Source of the DNA: a bacterium
Lineage (GTDB): Bacteria > SAR324 > XYD2-FULL-50-16 > G965216635
Direction of reading: 5' to 3'
Assembly (NCBI GenBank): GCA_965216635.1
Contig: OZ244188.1
Coordinates: 2,176,001 to 2,240,000 of the forward strand
Length of the DNA stretch: 64,000 bases
Every line of letters begins with the position of its first letter. Positions within the stretch are counted from its first letter, which is position 1. A model generated the notes under the pieces. It saw only the letters and a list, made by a program, of their open reading frames with translations. It ran no database searches and was not told where the DNA came from. Shown piece after piece: positions 36,270 through 47,646 of this stretch. The position numbers were made by a program, and so were the translations under genes.

Positions 36270-37660
36270 TTGCCAAAAATTGTTTAAAATATTTTTTTAT
36301 CTTTAAGATCAGTATTTTTTTTCTTATCACCAACCCTATTTCAGCAAAACAATTGAATTTTAAAAAAGAAACGTATAACTCCAGAACAAATTTCACCTAC
36401 CTTTTTTTGGATTCTCAAAAAAAAGAACAAAATATTGTTTTTAGTTTAGCTACAGATTTGATTAAGAATTCCCGTCAAGAAATTCCTAGTTTGGAATTTT
36501 TGCACCAAAAAATTCATACCGAACTTCCCAACAGAGCTCACCTAATTTCACAGAAATATTTGAGACCTCAAGAAGAAAAATACCAGAAACATCTTTTAGG
36601 CTTAAGAAATTCTATTTTCAAAATTACTTCAAAATTAGGGACGGATTTTGAGTTTAAGATCACCTGCCCTGAAAAAATACTGCAATACAAATTTCAATTA
36701 GAGAAAGAATCCCAGTTATCCTATTCTCAAAAACTCACCTATCAGAGTTGTAACTTAAGTATAAATTCTGAAGCTGCTCACCAAATGCTAATCCAAAATT
36801 GGCAATCTTTAATCCAGCAAGCAAAAAATTCACTGCCTGAAAATTTTATCTATAAACTTATAAAAACGGTAAATGGATATAGTATAGAATCAGAAATACC
36901 TGCAAACTGGAATTCGTCCGATAAACGGAATGCACAAAAAATATTACAAAAAACCAATAAATTAATAGCAACCTCTTTAAAAAATTTTGAAAAGAAACAA
37001 CAAATTTTAAATGAAAATTTTCAAAAAATCAGTGCAACTCACCAAATTTTTCATACTGAATTACAAAAATTACTGAGTCCTACTTTAGAAAAAATTTCTC
37101 AAAAAATCACATCCGAAAATGAAAAAAAATATTCTCAGCACTATCTAAAAATAGAAAAAAAAGGAGATAACAATATTATTTCTCCAGACTATCGTAGCTT
37201 GGTAAAAGATTACAAAAAAAGAATGCGTATTGTCTCGGATGCTATTAAAAAAAAAGGTGCAACGGATAGAGAACTATTAGAAAAAGCTCTCAATTTTTTA
37301 CAATCCATCCCTTACGATACACTTCAAAATAGAGACTTGGAAAGTTTTACAGGTTTTTTGCCCGCTTATTCCTTACTAGATAAAAATATAGGAGACTGTG
37401 ATTCTAAATCGGTAGCCCTACTTTCTATTGCAAAAAATCTCACTCCGCAAGTTAAAAGTATTATGGTGCTCATTCCAAAACACGCTTTTTTAGCTTTTGC
37501 AATTCCAGTAAAACCAGAAGATAAAACAATTCTCTATCAAGGAGAACGTTATGTTGTTGCTGAAGTAGCAGGACCCGCAATAGTGCCACTAGGACAAGTA
37601 GGAAAAAATTCTGAATCGGCTATTAAGAAGAATAGTTTTGAAGAAATTTTAGAGTTTTAG
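36266..37660 (+). CDS. Exported hypothetical protein with C-terminal transglutaminase-like (Cys-His-Glu) domain
   Basis: N-terminal signal; FLQSIPY, GDCDSKS, HAFL, AEV motifs. Confidence 0.6.
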   Translation: MIAKNCLKYFFIFKISIFFLITNPISAKQLNFKKETYNSRTNFTYLFLDSQKKEQNIVFSLATDLIKNSRQEIPSLEFLHQKIHTELPNRAHLISQKYLRPQEEKYQKHLLGLRNSIFKITSKLGTDFEFKITCPEKILQYKFQLEKESQLSYSQKLTYQSCNLSINSEAAHQMLIQNWQSLIQQAKNSLPENFIYKLIKTVNGYSIESEIPANWNSSDKRNAQKILQKTNKLIATSLKNFEKKQQILNENFQKISATHQIFHTELQKLLSPTLEKISQKITSENEKKYSQHYLKIEKKGDNNIISPDYRSLVKDYKKRMRIVSDAIKKKGATDRELLEKALNFLQSIPYDTLQNRDLESFTGFLPAYSLLDKNIGDCDSKSVALLSIAKNLTPQVKSIMVLIPKHAFLAFAIPVKPEDKTILYQGERYVVAEVAGPAIVPLGQVGKNSESAIKKNSFEEILEF

Positions 37661-37732
37661 GTTGTTTTATTAAAAAAAAAATTAAAAGTTATTGTTTTTT
37701 TTTTAAAATTTGCTATAAAATAATCTAAATAT

Positions 37733-37838
37733 AATGAGATCTTTGGGTTAAGTTTAATGTCTAAAAGATCTCAATCAAAATAACAAAATGAGATCTTTGG
37801 ATTAGGTTGATTTTAAAGTCTAATTCAAAGAACTCATT
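37733..37838. repeat. Two adjacent related palindromes upstream of dctP
   Basis: tgagatcttt...aaagatctca and aatgagatctttggattag...ctaattcaaagaactcatt; both begin aatgagatctttgg. Confidence 0.7.
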
Positions 37839-37847
37839 AAAATAACA

Positions 37848-38813
37848 ATGCGAAAATATCTAGTTACTTTTACACTTGTTTTTGTCTTTAGTGCTTTTAC
37901 AGTTTTATTGGCAGCAACAAAGTGGGATATGCCTACTCCTTACGGAGATGGAATTCATCATACTAAAAATGTAAAAAACTTTGCTTCTGATGTTGAAAAA
38001 GCCACAGGAGGAAAAATAAAAATTGTAGTTCATTCAGGAGCTTCTCTATATAAACATCCACAAATCTATCGTGCGGTTCGTACTAATCAGGTAGCTATTG
38101 GGGAATTATTTATGGGCTTATTAGGAAACGATCACCCTGTTTTTAAAGCAGATAATATTCCTTTCTTGGCTTCTAATTTTAAGGATGCTAAGAAGTTATG
38201 GAAAGTTTCCCGTCCCTTTGTAGAAAAAGTTTTAGAAAAAGAAGGGGTAATGTTACTTTATGCTGTCCCTTGGCCTCCGCAAGGATTTTACACTAAAAAA
38301 CCATTAAATTCTGTTTCTGATTTAAAAGGTTTAAGAATGCGTGCTTATAGTTCTACAACATCAAGACTGGCTGTTTTACTAAAAGCTACGCCAACGACTG
38401 TTCAAACCCCTGAAATACCTCAGGCTTTTTCTACTGGGATTATTGACGCTATGGTAACTTCTCCTAGCACAGGAGTAAGCAGTCAGGCTTGGGATTTTGT
38501 AAGTTACTATTCAGATACACAGGCTTGGATACCAAAAAATATGGTTATTATCAATCTTAAAGCCTTTAAAAAATTGAATAAAAAAGAACAAAAAGCACTT
38601 ATCAAAGCAGCAAAGAAGGCAGAACAACGAGGTTGGCAATTAGCAGAAAAAGAGACCAAAGAAAAAACTAAAGTTTTATCAAAGAACGGTATCCATGTTA
38701 GTGCACCAACAAAAAAATTCCAAAAAGAGCTAAGAGCTATTGGTAAAATAATGGCAAAAGAATGGGCTAATGATGCTGGCGATACAGCTGCTACTATTTT
38801 GAAAGAATTTTAA
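37848..38813 (+). CDS. dctP: TRAP transporter substrate-binding protein
   Basis: Signal peptide, WDMPTPY, PWPPQG, DLKGLRMR; followed by small and large permeases. Confidence 0.92.
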   Translation: MRKYLVTFTLVFVFSAFTVLLAATKWDMPTPYGDGIHHTKNVKNFASDVEKATGGKIKIVVHSGASLYKHPQIYRAVRTNQVAIGELFMGLLGNDHPVFKADNIPFLASNFKDAKKLWKVSRPFVEKVLEKEGVMLLYAVPWPPQGFYTKKPLNSVSDLKGLRMRAYSSTTSRLAVLLKATPTTVQTPEIPQAFSTGIIDAMVTSPSTGVSSQAWDFVSYYSDTQAWIPKNMVIINLKAFKKLNKKEQKALIKAAKKAEQRGWQLAEKETKEKTKVLSKNGIHVSAPTKKFQKELRAIGKIMAKEWANDAGDTAATILKEF

Positions 38814-38815
38814 AA

Positions 38816-39301
38816 GTGCGGGTTTTTTTAGATAAACTATATTTTTTATCCGCTCTACTAGCGGGAATATTTATTGTTTTTATCGCACTTCTCATCCTGA
38901 CTCAAGTTATAGGTCGGTGGTTTGGAATAATTATTCCTTCCACCGAAGACTTTTCAGGTTATTTTTTAGCTACATCTTCTTTCCTAGCACTTGCTTATAC
39001 ATTCCAGCAAAAAAAGCATATTCGTATAACCCTACTGCTCCATTCATTTAAACCTCATTTGCGACAAAAGATTGAAATTTGTTCACTCATTTTTGTTTCC
39101 TTAGTAGTAGGCTATCTTTTTTACTATGCTTCCACGCTAGTATTTTTTTCTTGGAAATTTAAGGAAATCTCACAAGGTTATATTCCAATACCATTATATC
39201 TGGCACAAATGGGTCTGCCTATTGGTTTATTAATATTTCTAATTTCTATTTTTGATTGTCTACTGCATTCTTTTAAAACTGAAGCTCTCTCAAAGAAATA
39301 A
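38816..39301 (+). CDS. dctQ: TRAP transporter small permease
   Basis: Four TM segments, HIRI motif. Confidence 0.9.
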   Translation: MRVFLDKLYFLSALLAGIFIVFIALLILTQVIGRWFGIIIPSTEDFSGYFLATSSFLALAYTFQQKKHIRITLLLHSFKPHLRQKIEICSLIFVSLVVGYLFYYASTLVFFSWKFKEISQGYIPIPLYLAQMGLPIGLLIFLISIFDCLLHSFKTEALSKK

Positions 39302-39304
39302 AAA

Positions 39305-40603
39305 GTGGATATTTTTCTATTATCATCAATTTTACTTATTACTCTATTCTTTCTTCTAGTAAGTGGAATTTGGGTTGCTATTACTTTATTTAGTGTTGCT
39401 TTTTTCGGTCTTTTGCTTAATGAAACAAATAATATAGGCTCTATTTTAGCCACCACAACATGGGGAGTTTCTTCAGCTTGGTCTTTAACAGCACTTCCTT
39501 TATTTATTTGGATGGGGGAGATTTTATTTCGCAGCGAACTATCCAAAAATTTATTCCGTGGTTTAACCCCATTTATTAATTTTTTACCAGGAAAATTGTT
39601 GCATGTGAATATTTTAGCTTGCGGTATTTTTGCTGCTATTTCCGGGTCCTCTGCGGCGACTACAGCGACTATAGGTAAAATTTGCTTACCAGAATTAGAA
39701 AAAAGGAATTATCCAAAAAAAATGATTTTTGCTACCCTAGCTGGTTCAGGGACACTTGGATTTTTAATTCCACCTTCTATTATTCTCATTGTTTATGGGG
39801 TATCCGCAGAAGTTTCTATTGCCAGACTTTTTATTGCTGGAATTTTACCCGCTATTCTCCTTATAGCTTTATTTATGAGCTACACTATATTATGGTCTTT
39901 ATTTCATCCCCAAGCTATACCCAAAGAAAAAATTCCTTCCAACTGGAAAGATAAAATAATTGCCATAAAAAATTTACTGCCAGTATTATTCTTAATTTTT
40001 TCTGTATTGGCATCTATCTATCTAGGGTGGGCGACCGCTGTAGAAGCAGCTTCTATAGGCGTTGTAGGAAGTTTAGTTCTTTCTTGGTTTGGAGGGACAT
40101 TAAGTAAAAAAAGTTTTATAAAAAGCCTAATAGAAGCCACCCTCACTTCCACTATGATAACTTTCATTATTGCAGGAGCAGCTTTTTTGACTGTGACTAT
40201 GGGATTTACTGGAATACCTAGAATACTAGCTTCTCAAATAGCTAGTTTCAATTTGAGTTCCTTTCAACTCATCGCTGTATTGACTTTGTTTTTTATTATT
40301 ATGGGATTTTTTTTAGATGGAATTTCCATAGTAATTTTAACTACTTCCGTAGTTTTACCCATCATAGTCAATAGTGGAATAGAATTATTATGGTTTGGAA
40401 TTTATCTAGTGCTTGTAGTAGAAATGTCTCAAATCACCCCTCCTGTTGGATTTAATCTATTTGTCCTTCAAGGACTAAGCAAAGAAAACCTGTTAAAAAT
40501 CGCATGGTATGCTTTCCCTTTTTTTATGCTTTTACTCCTCTCTGTATTTTTCATAACTTTATTCCCACAAATTGTAACGTGGCTTCCTAGTGCAATGTTT
40601 TAG
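39305..40603 (+). CDS. dctM: TRAP transporter large permease
   Basis: ALPLFI.MG, SGSSAAT, LIPPS, ITPPVGFNL. Confidence 0.93.
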   Translation: MDIFLLSSILLITLFFLLVSGIWVAITLFSVAFFGLLLNETNNIGSILATTTWGVSSAWSLTALPLFIWMGEILFRSELSKNLFRGLTPFINFLPGKLLHVNILACGIFAAISGSSAATTATIGKICLPELEKRNYPKKMIFATLAGSGTLGFLIPPSIILIVYGVSAEVSIARLFIAGILPAILLIALFMSYTILWSLFHPQAIPKEKIPSNWKDKIIAIKNLLPVLFLIFSVLASIYLGWATAVEAASIGVVGSLVLSWFGGTLSKKSFIKSLIEATLTSTMITFIIAGAAFLTVTMGFTGIPRILASQIASFNLSSFQLIAVLTLFFIIMGFFLDGISIVILTTSVVLPIIVNSGIELLWFGIYLVLVVEMSQITPPVGFNLFVLQGLSKENLLKIAWYAFPFFMLLLLSVFFITLFPQIVTWLPSAMF

Positions 40604-40641
40604 AAAATTTATATTGGAAAGTATGAAACCAAAAGAACCCC

Positions 40642-40917
40642 CTAGACTGCCAATACCTCCTTTAATCTAGACCTTATCATATTCCTATAGTAATAAGCCT
40701 GAGAGTATAAAGACTGCAGTCCCATAATTTTATTAAAATCTTTAATAGCTTCTGTATATTGTATGGATTGATATTTTTCAGTACCACGACGGTAATGCAA
40801 ACGAGCAAATTGAGGATTTAATTTTAGAGCATGAGAAAAATTGTCTGAAGCCTCTTTATGCAATTTTATAAGATCGCTTATTTGAAGCTCATTAGAGGCA
40901 GTTTTTTTTTCGTCCAT
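40642..40917 (-). CDS. Small TPR-repeat protein
   Basis: ALKLNPQFA..HY.RG...Y.EAIKDF..; ATG 40917 preferred. Confidence 0.6.
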   Translation of the reverse strand: MDEKKTASNELQISDLIKLHKEASDNFSHALKLNPQFARLHYRRGTEKYQSIQYTEAIKDFNKIMGLQSLYSQAYYYRNMIRSRLKEVLAV

Positions 40918-41096
40918 AGTTTTTTTTTTACAAGTTGATTGAAAATAATACAATACGATGATTTTTGAATTAACGTTCTAGTTACGGAAGCAATCCATAC
41001 TGTGCAACATTTTTGCGAAAAAAACAAGTTTTATTATTTTTTGTAAAAAATAGCCAAAAATCAGAAAAAAAACTTGCCAAGCTTGACAAAAAAGGA

Positions 41097-41857
41097 TTTT
41101 TCTGCAATTATTCTTTATAAAGGATAAGCAGAAAAAATAAAAAACTTTTGAATTAGCGTTCTGTTTAGCCAAAACAAGCTTATTGCTTGACGCTTTTTGT
41201 GGGCTATTTGTGAAACAGCCAAAGGGCTGTTTCACAGTTCATTCTTGCTTAATGCAAGGTTTATAGTGTTTTTTACTACGCCATTAAAAAAAAATTTTAA
41301 CTCTTGAAATATTACATATATTCCTGCGAGCTAAAAATTTTTTTTGCCTTGCCTAGCCGTCACATAACGCAAATTCAAAGGTCTATAAAAAACTGCCAAC
41401 AACCAATAGTTTGCTATTATTGTTTTTTTCTGCAATTATTCTTTATAAAGGATAAGCAGAAAAAATAAAAAACTTTTGAATTAGCGTTCTGTTTAGCCAA
41501 AACAAGCTTATTGCTTGACGCTTTTTGTGGGCTATTTGTGAAACAGCCAAAGGGCTGTTTCACAGTTCATTCTTGCTTAATGCAAGGTTTATAGTGTTTT
41601 TTACTACGCCATTAAAAAAAAATTTTAACTCTTGAAATATTACATATATTCCTGCGAGCTAAAATTTTTTTTTGCCTTTCGTAAAAGCAAAAAGAGTAAA
41701 AATTTAGCGTTAAGCAAAAACGAACTGTCAAAGTGCGATCAAGCACTTTGGCAATAATCTGTCTGAAGTTTAAAACAAAACCGTCACATAACGCAAATTC
41801 AAAGGTCTATAAAAAACTGCCAACAACCAATAGTTTGCTATTATTGTTTTTTTCTGC
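41097..41857. mobile_element. Tandem duplication (offset 328) containing two family A MITE-like elements (about 41142..41385 and 41470..41809); the second has a ~100-bp insertion
   Basis: Both match 13047..13304; right TIR aaattcaaaggtcta; insert contains hairpin tgtcaaagtgc-gatcaa-gcactttggca. Confidence 0.85.
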
Positions 41858-41897
41858 TAATTTTTATTTTAATACTAACCTTTCATCACAAATAATT

Positions 41898-43256
41898 ATG
41901 AAAAACATAAATTCCCAAGTTTTAAGGAAAACTTTCGCTGTTCGTTTTACTCTGGTTCGTTTCGTTTTGGCTCGTTTCGTTTTGGCGGCTATTCTTATTC
42001 CCGCTATTCTTATAGGAAGTGCCTTTACTTTTGGAGGCAGCAATCTGCAAGCCCAAGCGGTTCAAAGCAGTAGCAAGCAGGGATTTTTCGTTGGCATTGC
42101 CTATCTAAATGGTTTTAAAGTGGATAGTAGCACTAAAACCACTAGAGTCACTAATTCTACTACTAATATTACTGGTACTACCAGAACATCCTATGATCCT
42201 AATGTTACCTATTCAGCTATCACCACTAGCATAGAAGCAGACGCTTCTTCTTTCTTTGATGCTACTCCTGATCTAAAAGCTGGAATAGAAGCTCTTATAG
42301 CAGCAAACTGTGAAACAGGAGCAACAACCGATGGAATCTATTCTTTTTCAAGTAGATTCAGCAGAATAATTTCCTTTGATGAAGGCACAAGAGATGGAGT
42401 AGGAAACACCGCAACCGACTTCGAACAACTTGGAGGAAATAGTAGTCGTGCATGGGATTTTAATGCATGTCGTAATCACTTTATTTCTAATGGTTTAACC
42501 GCTGCTGATTTTGATGATTATATACCACCTGTAAATAATACAGTGCAGGGTTCAATAATATCAACAACAACAGACTCAAACACATTAACACCAACAACCA
42601 ACAAGAGCGACAAACTCTCAGGCATTGGTCTGCAATTTGGCTTTAGGTGGGAAAAATGGAGAGCCTCTCTGACCCATTTTACTGGCAAGGGGGGAGATAA
42701 CGAGCTCGCCAATACACTAGTTATGGCGGATTATTTTGTCAACAAGGGTCTTTTTGTAGGAGGCGGTCTAGCGAGTATGAAGCTTACCAATAGCTCTGCC
42801 AGCGGCTCTGCTACTAGTCCCGTGGTTCAAGTCGGCTATAAGCAGAAATTAACCCCCAACCTATCGCTTAATTTTGGCTTGACGAAGTATATTTCGGGGG
42901 TTTCTCTAAAAAGTAGCACAGCTCCGACAACTACTCCCTATACTCCCGATCCCACTTTCAAGATTGACAGTACTACAAAAAAAAGCTTGACCTCTGAGCA
43001 GCCAAAAACAGGAGGATCAGTATTAATTGGTGCCTATATAGATGTCGATGGGAGTTTCCAAAACACAGTCTTCTACCAACTTGGTGATAGGAGAACAGAA
43101 GCAACCCAAGTTGGAAGCAGAACCGCTACTTACATAGAAACTATTGAGACTGGCACTGAAACCACAACAGAAGGAACAACAGAAACAACCACCGAAACCG
43201 AAGCCGAACTCAAAGCACCCCTCGTCATCAGCATCTCCTTCCATTTGAGTTTTTAA
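41898..43256 (+). CDS. Variable outer-membrane beta-barrel protein with Thr-rich extensions
   Basis: Signal peptide, GFFVG strand, large Cys-pair insert, amphipathic strands, C-terminal Phe; homologous to 61812..62957; ATG 41898 preferred. Confidence 0.7.
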   Translation: MKNINSQVLRKTFAVRFTLVRFVLARFVLAAILIPAILIGSAFTFGGSNLQAQAVQSSSKQGFFVGIAYLNGFKVDSSTKTTRVTNSTTNITGTTRTSYDPNVTYSAITTSIEADASSFFDATPDLKAGIEALIAANCETGATTDGIYSFSSRFSRIISFDEGTRDGVGNTATDFEQLGGNSSRAWDFNACRNHFISNGLTAADFDDYIPPVNNTVQGSIISTTTDSNTLTPTTNKSDKLSGIGLQFGFRWEKWRASLTHFTGKGGDNELANTLVMADYFVNKGLFVGGGLASMKLTNSSASGSATSPVVQVGYKQKLTPNLSLNFGLTKYISGVSLKSSTAPTTTPYTPDPTFKIDSTTKKSLTSEQPKTGGSVLIGAYIDVDGSFQNTVFYQLGDRRTEATQVGSRTATYIETIETGTETTTEGTTETTTETEAELKAPLVISISFHLSF

Positions 43257-43298
43257 GAAAAAAAAACTGCAAGGGATATTTTTTTACCAATTATTTCT

Positions 43299-43323
43299 GT
43301 AGGGGCTGGACTTGTGCCAGCCC
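43299..43323 (+). repeat. GTAG-type REP-like palindrome
   Basis: GTAG GGGCTGG acttgtg CCAGCCC, nested in a repeat related to those at 63180..63400. Confidence 0.6.
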
Positions 43324-43509
43324 ATCAAAAAATGCGTCCCCGCCAAAAACACCAAAAACTGCAGATCTTCTCTACTATCCTAGTATCAGATTTTTCCTAA
43401 TTTTTTATTACTTAAGCAGTTGAAAAAAATTATAATAGTCTATAGTCTATTAATGTTTCTCAAAGCTATTTAAAAAAAATAGCCAAAAACAACCAAAAAC
43501 AGCCAAAAA

Positions 43510-44904
43510 ATGAAAAAAACTCTTTACCAAAAAATTTGGGATTCGCACCTAGTAAGAGAAAAAGAAGGAGAAAATTCTTTACTCTACATAGACCTGCATT
43601 TAGTACACGAAGTAACCAGCCCCCAGGCTTTTGAAGGATTGCGTCTGCAAAAAAGAAAAATCCGCCGTGCAGCTAAAATTTTAGCGACTATGGATCACAA
43701 TGTTCCTACAAAACAAAGAGAGCAAATTATAGATCCTATTTCCAAACTACAGATAGATACTCTCGCTCAAAATTGCCGAGAAAATAAACTAGAACTTTAC
43801 GACCTACAAGATATAAGACAGGGCATCGTGCATGTTATAGCTCCCGAACAGGGCTATACTTTGCCCGGTACGACCATAGTTTGTGGAGATAGCCATACCG
43901 CAACCCACGGAGCTTTCGGCTGTTTGGCTTTTGGTATAGGCACTTCTGAAGTGGAACATGTATTGGCAACTCAATGCTTACAACAAAGCAAATCTAAAAT
44001 AATGAAAGTTTATTTTGATAGCGCACTTCCTTTTGGAACTACTGCCAAAGATATGACTCTTTGTGTAATTCACAAAACGGGAGTAGGAGGAGGAGCTGGA
44101 CATATTATAGAATACACGGGAAAAGCTATTGATAATTTATCTATGGAAGGCAGAATGACGGTTTGCAATATGGCAATAGAGGGTGGAGCAAGGGCTGGAA
44201 TGATAGCACCTGATACAACTACTTTTGAGTATTTAAAAGACAAACTCCATTCACCTAAAGAAGAGCATTGGGATTTGGCTATGGAGCATTGGAAAACTCT
44301 TTACTCTGATGCGGATGCAGTTTTTGATAAAGAGGTGATTATCAAAGAAGAAGATTTAATGCCTTACGTGACTTGGGGAACAAACCCGGCTCAATCTGTC
44401 GGAGTAACGGGAAAAGTACCCGATCCTACAGATTTTGAAAATCCAGAAGAACAACAATCCTGTCAAAGAGCCTTAGATTATATGGGTTTAAAACCTCACA
44501 CAGCTATACAAGATATTCGTCCAGCTGTGGTTTTTATTGGCTCTTGCACAAACTCTAGGATTGAAGATTTAAGAGCAGTTGCTAAATTTGTAAAAGGCAA
44601 AAAAGTAGCGGATACTATCTACGCTATAGTTGTGCCGGGTTCTGGTTTAATCAAAAAACAAGCCGAAGAAGAGGGTATAGATAGGATCTTAAAAGAAGCT
44701 GGTTTTGATTGGAGAGAAGCGGGCTGCTCTATGTGTTTGGGTATGAACGACGATCAACTAAAACCTTATCAAAGATGCGCCTCCACCTCCAACAGAAACT
44801 TTGAAGGCAGGCAAGGGAAAAAAGGAAGAACTCACTTGGTATCACCTATTATGGCTGCCGCCACTGCTATTCACGGACAGTTTGTAGATGTTAGGCAGTT
44901 TTAA
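43510..44904 (+). CDS. leuC: 3-isopropylmalate dehydratase large subunit
   Basis: [40 protein letters not shown]. Confidence 0.98.
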   Translation: MKKTLYQKIWDSHLVREKEGENSLLYIDLHLVHEVTSPQAFEGLRLQKRKIRRAAKILATMDHNVPTKQREQIIDPISKLQIDTLAQNCRENKLELYDLQDIRQGIVHVIAPEQGYTLPGTTIVCGDSHTATHGAFGCLAFGIGTSEVEHVLATQCLQQSKSKIMKVYFDSALPFGTTAKDMTLCVIHKTGVGGGAGHIIEYTGKAIDNLSMEGRMTVCNMAIEGGARAGMIAPDTTTFEYLKDKLHSPKEEHWDLAMEHWKTLYSDADAVFDKEVIIKEEDLMPYVTWGTNPAQSVGVTGKVPDPTDFENPEEQQSCQRALDYMGLKPHTAIQDIRPAVVFIGSCTNSRIEDLRAVAKFVKGKKVADTIYAIVVPGSGLIKKQAEEEGIDRILKEAGFDWREAGCSMCLGMNDDQLKPYQRCASTSNRNFEGRQGKKGRTHLVSPIMAAATAIHGQFVDVRQF

Positions 44905-45019
44905 TCTATCAGTAGCATAAACTAATTTTTACTTGACTGTTAGCATAAAATAATTTTTACTTGATTTAATAACTAATTTTGTTATATTATTGTTATAAGA
45001 GAAATTCAAAATATTAATA

Positions 45020-45415
45020 ATGTTACAACAAACAGAACAAACACCAGCTTTTTTAGGGCTATACGAAGCACTTATTAGTGCTGGAGCCCAAAAAGAAAAG
45101 GCTAAGGCTGCTACAAAAAAAATCCTAGAAACCTTACCTAAACAGACAACAGCAGTAGAAGAAAATGGTTTGGATTTAAGCCATCCAAACGAGGCTGCAA
45201 CTAAAAAAGATTTGAAAATTTTAGATTTACAAATTGGACAAAAAATAGCAGAAATTAAAAGCGAATTAGAGCAAAAAATAGCAGAAACTAGAAGTGCGTT
45301 AGAACTAAAAATAGCAGAAATGAAAAGCGATTTAATCAAATGGGTATTCGGAATTGTTTTGACAGGGATGACTTTTTCTACAGCCTTAACTTTCGCTTTA
45401 GCAAAATTTTTGTAG
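45020..45415 (+). CDS. DUF1640/CCDC90-like (Bdr-like) coiled-coil membrane-anchored protein, 3 hendecad repeats
   Basis: Head L..AG...E.A, ATKKDL neck, 11-aa repeats, KSDLIKW plus C-terminal TM. Confidence 0.8.
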   Translation: MLQQTEQTPAFLGLYEALISAGAQKEKAKAATKKILETLPKQTTAVEENGLDLSHPNEAATKKDLKILDLQIGQKIAEIKSELEQKIAETRSALELKIAEMKSDLIKWVFGIVLTGMTFSTALTFALAKFL

Positions 45416-45458
45416 AGCAATTGTAATAATGAAACCACTTACCAAACTATACTAAATA

Positions 45459-45920
45459 ATGTTACAACAAACACAACAAACACCAGCTTTTTTAGGGCTA
45501 TACGAAGCACTTATTAGTGCTGGAGCCCAAAAAGAAAAGGCTAAGGCTGCTACAAAAAAAATCCTAGAAACCTTACCTAAACAGACAACAGCAGTAGAAG
45601 AAAATGGTTTGGATTTAAGCCATCCAAACGAGGCTGCAACTAAAAAAGATTTGAAAATTTTAGATTTACAAATTGGACAAAAAATAGCAGAAATTAAAAG
45701 CGATTTAGAGCAAAAAATAGCAGAAATTAAAAGCGAATTAGAGCAAAAAATAATGGAGAGTCAAAACAAGTTAGAACTAAAAATAGCAGAAACTAAAAGC
45801 GAATTAGAGCAAAAAATAGCAGAAATGAAAAGCGATTTAATCAAATGGGTATTCGGAATTGTTTTGACAGGTATGACTTTTTCTACAGCCTTAACTTTCG
45901 CTTTAGCAAAATTTTTGTAG
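45459..45920 (+). CDS. DUF1640-like paralog, 5 hendecad repeats
   Basis: Same head and TM as 45020; +22 aa. Confidence 0.8.
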   Translation: MLQQTQQTPAFLGLYEALISAGAQKEKAKAATKKILETLPKQTTAVEENGLDLSHPNEAATKKDLKILDLQIGQKIAEIKSDLEQKIAEIKSELEQKIMESQNKLELKIAETKSELEQKIAEMKSDLIKWVFGIVLTGMTFSTALTFALAKFL

Positions 45921-45963
45921 AGCAATTATAATAATGAAACCACTTACCAAACTATACTAAATA

Positions 45964-46491
45964 ATGTTACAACAAACACAACAAACACCAGCTTTTTTAG
46001 GGCTATACGAAGCACTTATTAGTGCTGGAGCCCAAAAAGAAAAGGCTAAGGCTGCTACAAAAAAAATCCTAGAAACCTTACCTAAACAGACAACAGCAGT
46101 AGAAGAAAATGGTTTGGATTTAAGCCATCCAAACGATGCGGCAACTAAAAAAGATTTGAAAATTTTAGATTTACAAATTGGACAAAAAATAGCAGAAATT
46201 AAAAGCGATTTAGAGCAAAAAATAATAGAGAGTCAAAACAAGTTAGAGCAAAAAATAGCAGAAATTAAAAGCGATTTAGAGCAAAAAATAATAAAGAGTC
46301 AAAACAAGTTAGAGCAAAAAATGGCAGAAATTAAAAGCGAATTAGAGCAAAAAATAGCAGAAACTAGAAGTGCGTTAGAACTAAAAATAGCAGAAATGAA
46401 AAGCGATTTAATCAAATGGGTATTCGGAATTGTTTTGACAGGTATGACTATTTCTACAGCCTTAACTTTCGCTTTAGCAAAATTTTTGTAG
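45964..46491 (+). CDS. DUF1640-like paralog, 7 hendecad repeats
   Basis: Same head and TM; +44 aa. Confidence 0.8.
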   Translation: MLQQTQQTPAFLGLYEALISAGAQKEKAKAATKKILETLPKQTTAVEENGLDLSHPNDAATKKDLKILDLQIGQKIAEIKSDLEQKIIESQNKLEQKIAEIKSDLEQKIIKSQNKLEQKMAEIKSELEQKIAETRSALELKIAEMKSDLIKWVFGIVLTGMTISTALTFALAKFL

Positions 46492-46534
46492 AGCAATTGT
46501 AATAATGAAACCACTTACCAAACTATACTAAATA

Positions 46535-47029
46535 ATGTTACAACAAACACAACAAACACCAGCTTTTTTAGGGCTATACGAAGCACTTATTAGTGCTGGA
46601 GCCCAAAAAGAAAAGGCTAAGGCTGCTACAAAAAAAATCCTAGAAACCTTACCTAAACAGACAACAGCAGTAGAAGAAAATGGTTTGGATTTAAGCCATC
46701 CAAACGATGCGGCAACTAAAAAAGATTTGAAAATTTTAGATTTACAAATTGGACAAAAAATAGCAGAAATTAAAAGCGATTTAGAGCAAAAAATAATAGA
46801 GAGTCAAAACAAGTTAGAGCAAAAAATAGCAGAAATTAAAAGCGAATTAGAGCAAAAAATGGCAGAAAATAAAAGCGAATTAGAGCAAAAAATAGCAGAA
46901 ACTAGAAGTGCGTTAGAACTAAAAATAGCAGAAACTAAAAGCGATTTAATCAAATGGGTATTCGGAATTGTTTTGACAGGTATGACTTTTTCTACAGCCT
47001 TAACTTTCGCTTTAGCAAAATTTTTGTAG
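46535..47029 (+). CDS. DUF1640-like paralog, 6 hendecad repeats
   Basis: Same head and TM; +33 aa. Confidence 0.8.
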   Translation: MLQQTQQTPAFLGLYEALISAGAQKEKAKAATKKILETLPKQTTAVEENGLDLSHPNDAATKKDLKILDLQIGQKIAEIKSDLEQKIIESQNKLEQKIAEIKSELEQKMAENKSELEQKIAETRSALELKIAETKSDLIKWVFGIVLTGMTFSTALTFALAKFL

Positions 47030-47072
47030 AGCAATTGTAATAATGAAACCACTTACCAAACTATACTAAATA

Positions 47073-47633
47073 ATGTTACAACAAACACAACAAACACCAG
47101 CTTTTTTAGGGCTATACGAAGCACTTATTAGTGCTGGAGCCCAAAAAGAAAAAGCTAAGGCTGCTACAAAAAAAATCCTAGAAACCTTACCTAAACAGAC
47201 AACAGCAGTAGAAGAAAATGGTTTGGATTTAAGCCATCCAAACGAGGCTGCAACTAAAAAAGATTTGAAAATTTTAGATTTACAAATTGGACAAAAAATA
47301 GCAGAAATTAAAAGCGATTTAGAGCAAAAAATAATAGAGAGTCAAACCAAGTTAGAGCAAAAAATAGCAGAAATTAAAAGCGATTTAGAGCAAAAAATAG
47401 CAGAAATTAAAAGCGATTTAGAGCAAAAAATAATAAAGAGTCAAAACAAGTTAGAGCAAAAAATGGCAGAAAATAAAAGCGAATTAGAGCAAAAAATAGC
47501 AGAAACTAGAAGTGCGTTAGAACTAAAAATAGCAGAAATGAAAAGCGATTTAATCAAATGGGTATTCGGAATTGTTTTGACAGGTATGACTTTTTCTACA
47601 GCCTTAACTTTCGCTTTAGCAAAATTTTTGTAG
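47073..47633 (+). CDS. DUF1640-like paralog, 8 hendecad repeats
   Basis: Same head and TM; +55 aa. Confidence 0.8.
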   Translation: MLQQTQQTPAFLGLYEALISAGAQKEKAKAATKKILETLPKQTTAVEENGLDLSHPNEAATKKDLKILDLQIGQKIAEIKSDLEQKIIESQTKLEQKIAEIKSDLEQKIAEIKSDLEQKIIKSQNKLEQKMAENKSELEQKIAETRSALELKIAEMKSDLIKWVFGIVLTGMTFSTALTFALAKFL

Positions 47634-47646
47634 AGCAATTGTAAAA

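Noticed and set aside
40978..41235. 85-aa minus-strand ORF
   Set aside because: Starts inside a family A element and crosses low-complexity intergenic DNA; likely spurious.
41733..41897. N-terminal extension of the OMP ORF (GTG start at 41733)
   Set aside because: Lies within the MITE and duplicated flank; the signal peptide begins at ATG 41898.
45020..47633. CRISPR- or DGR-like repeat region
   Set aside because: Repeats are whole protein-coding genes varying in unit number; no unique spacers, no adenine-specific variation pattern and no reverse transcriptase in the window.
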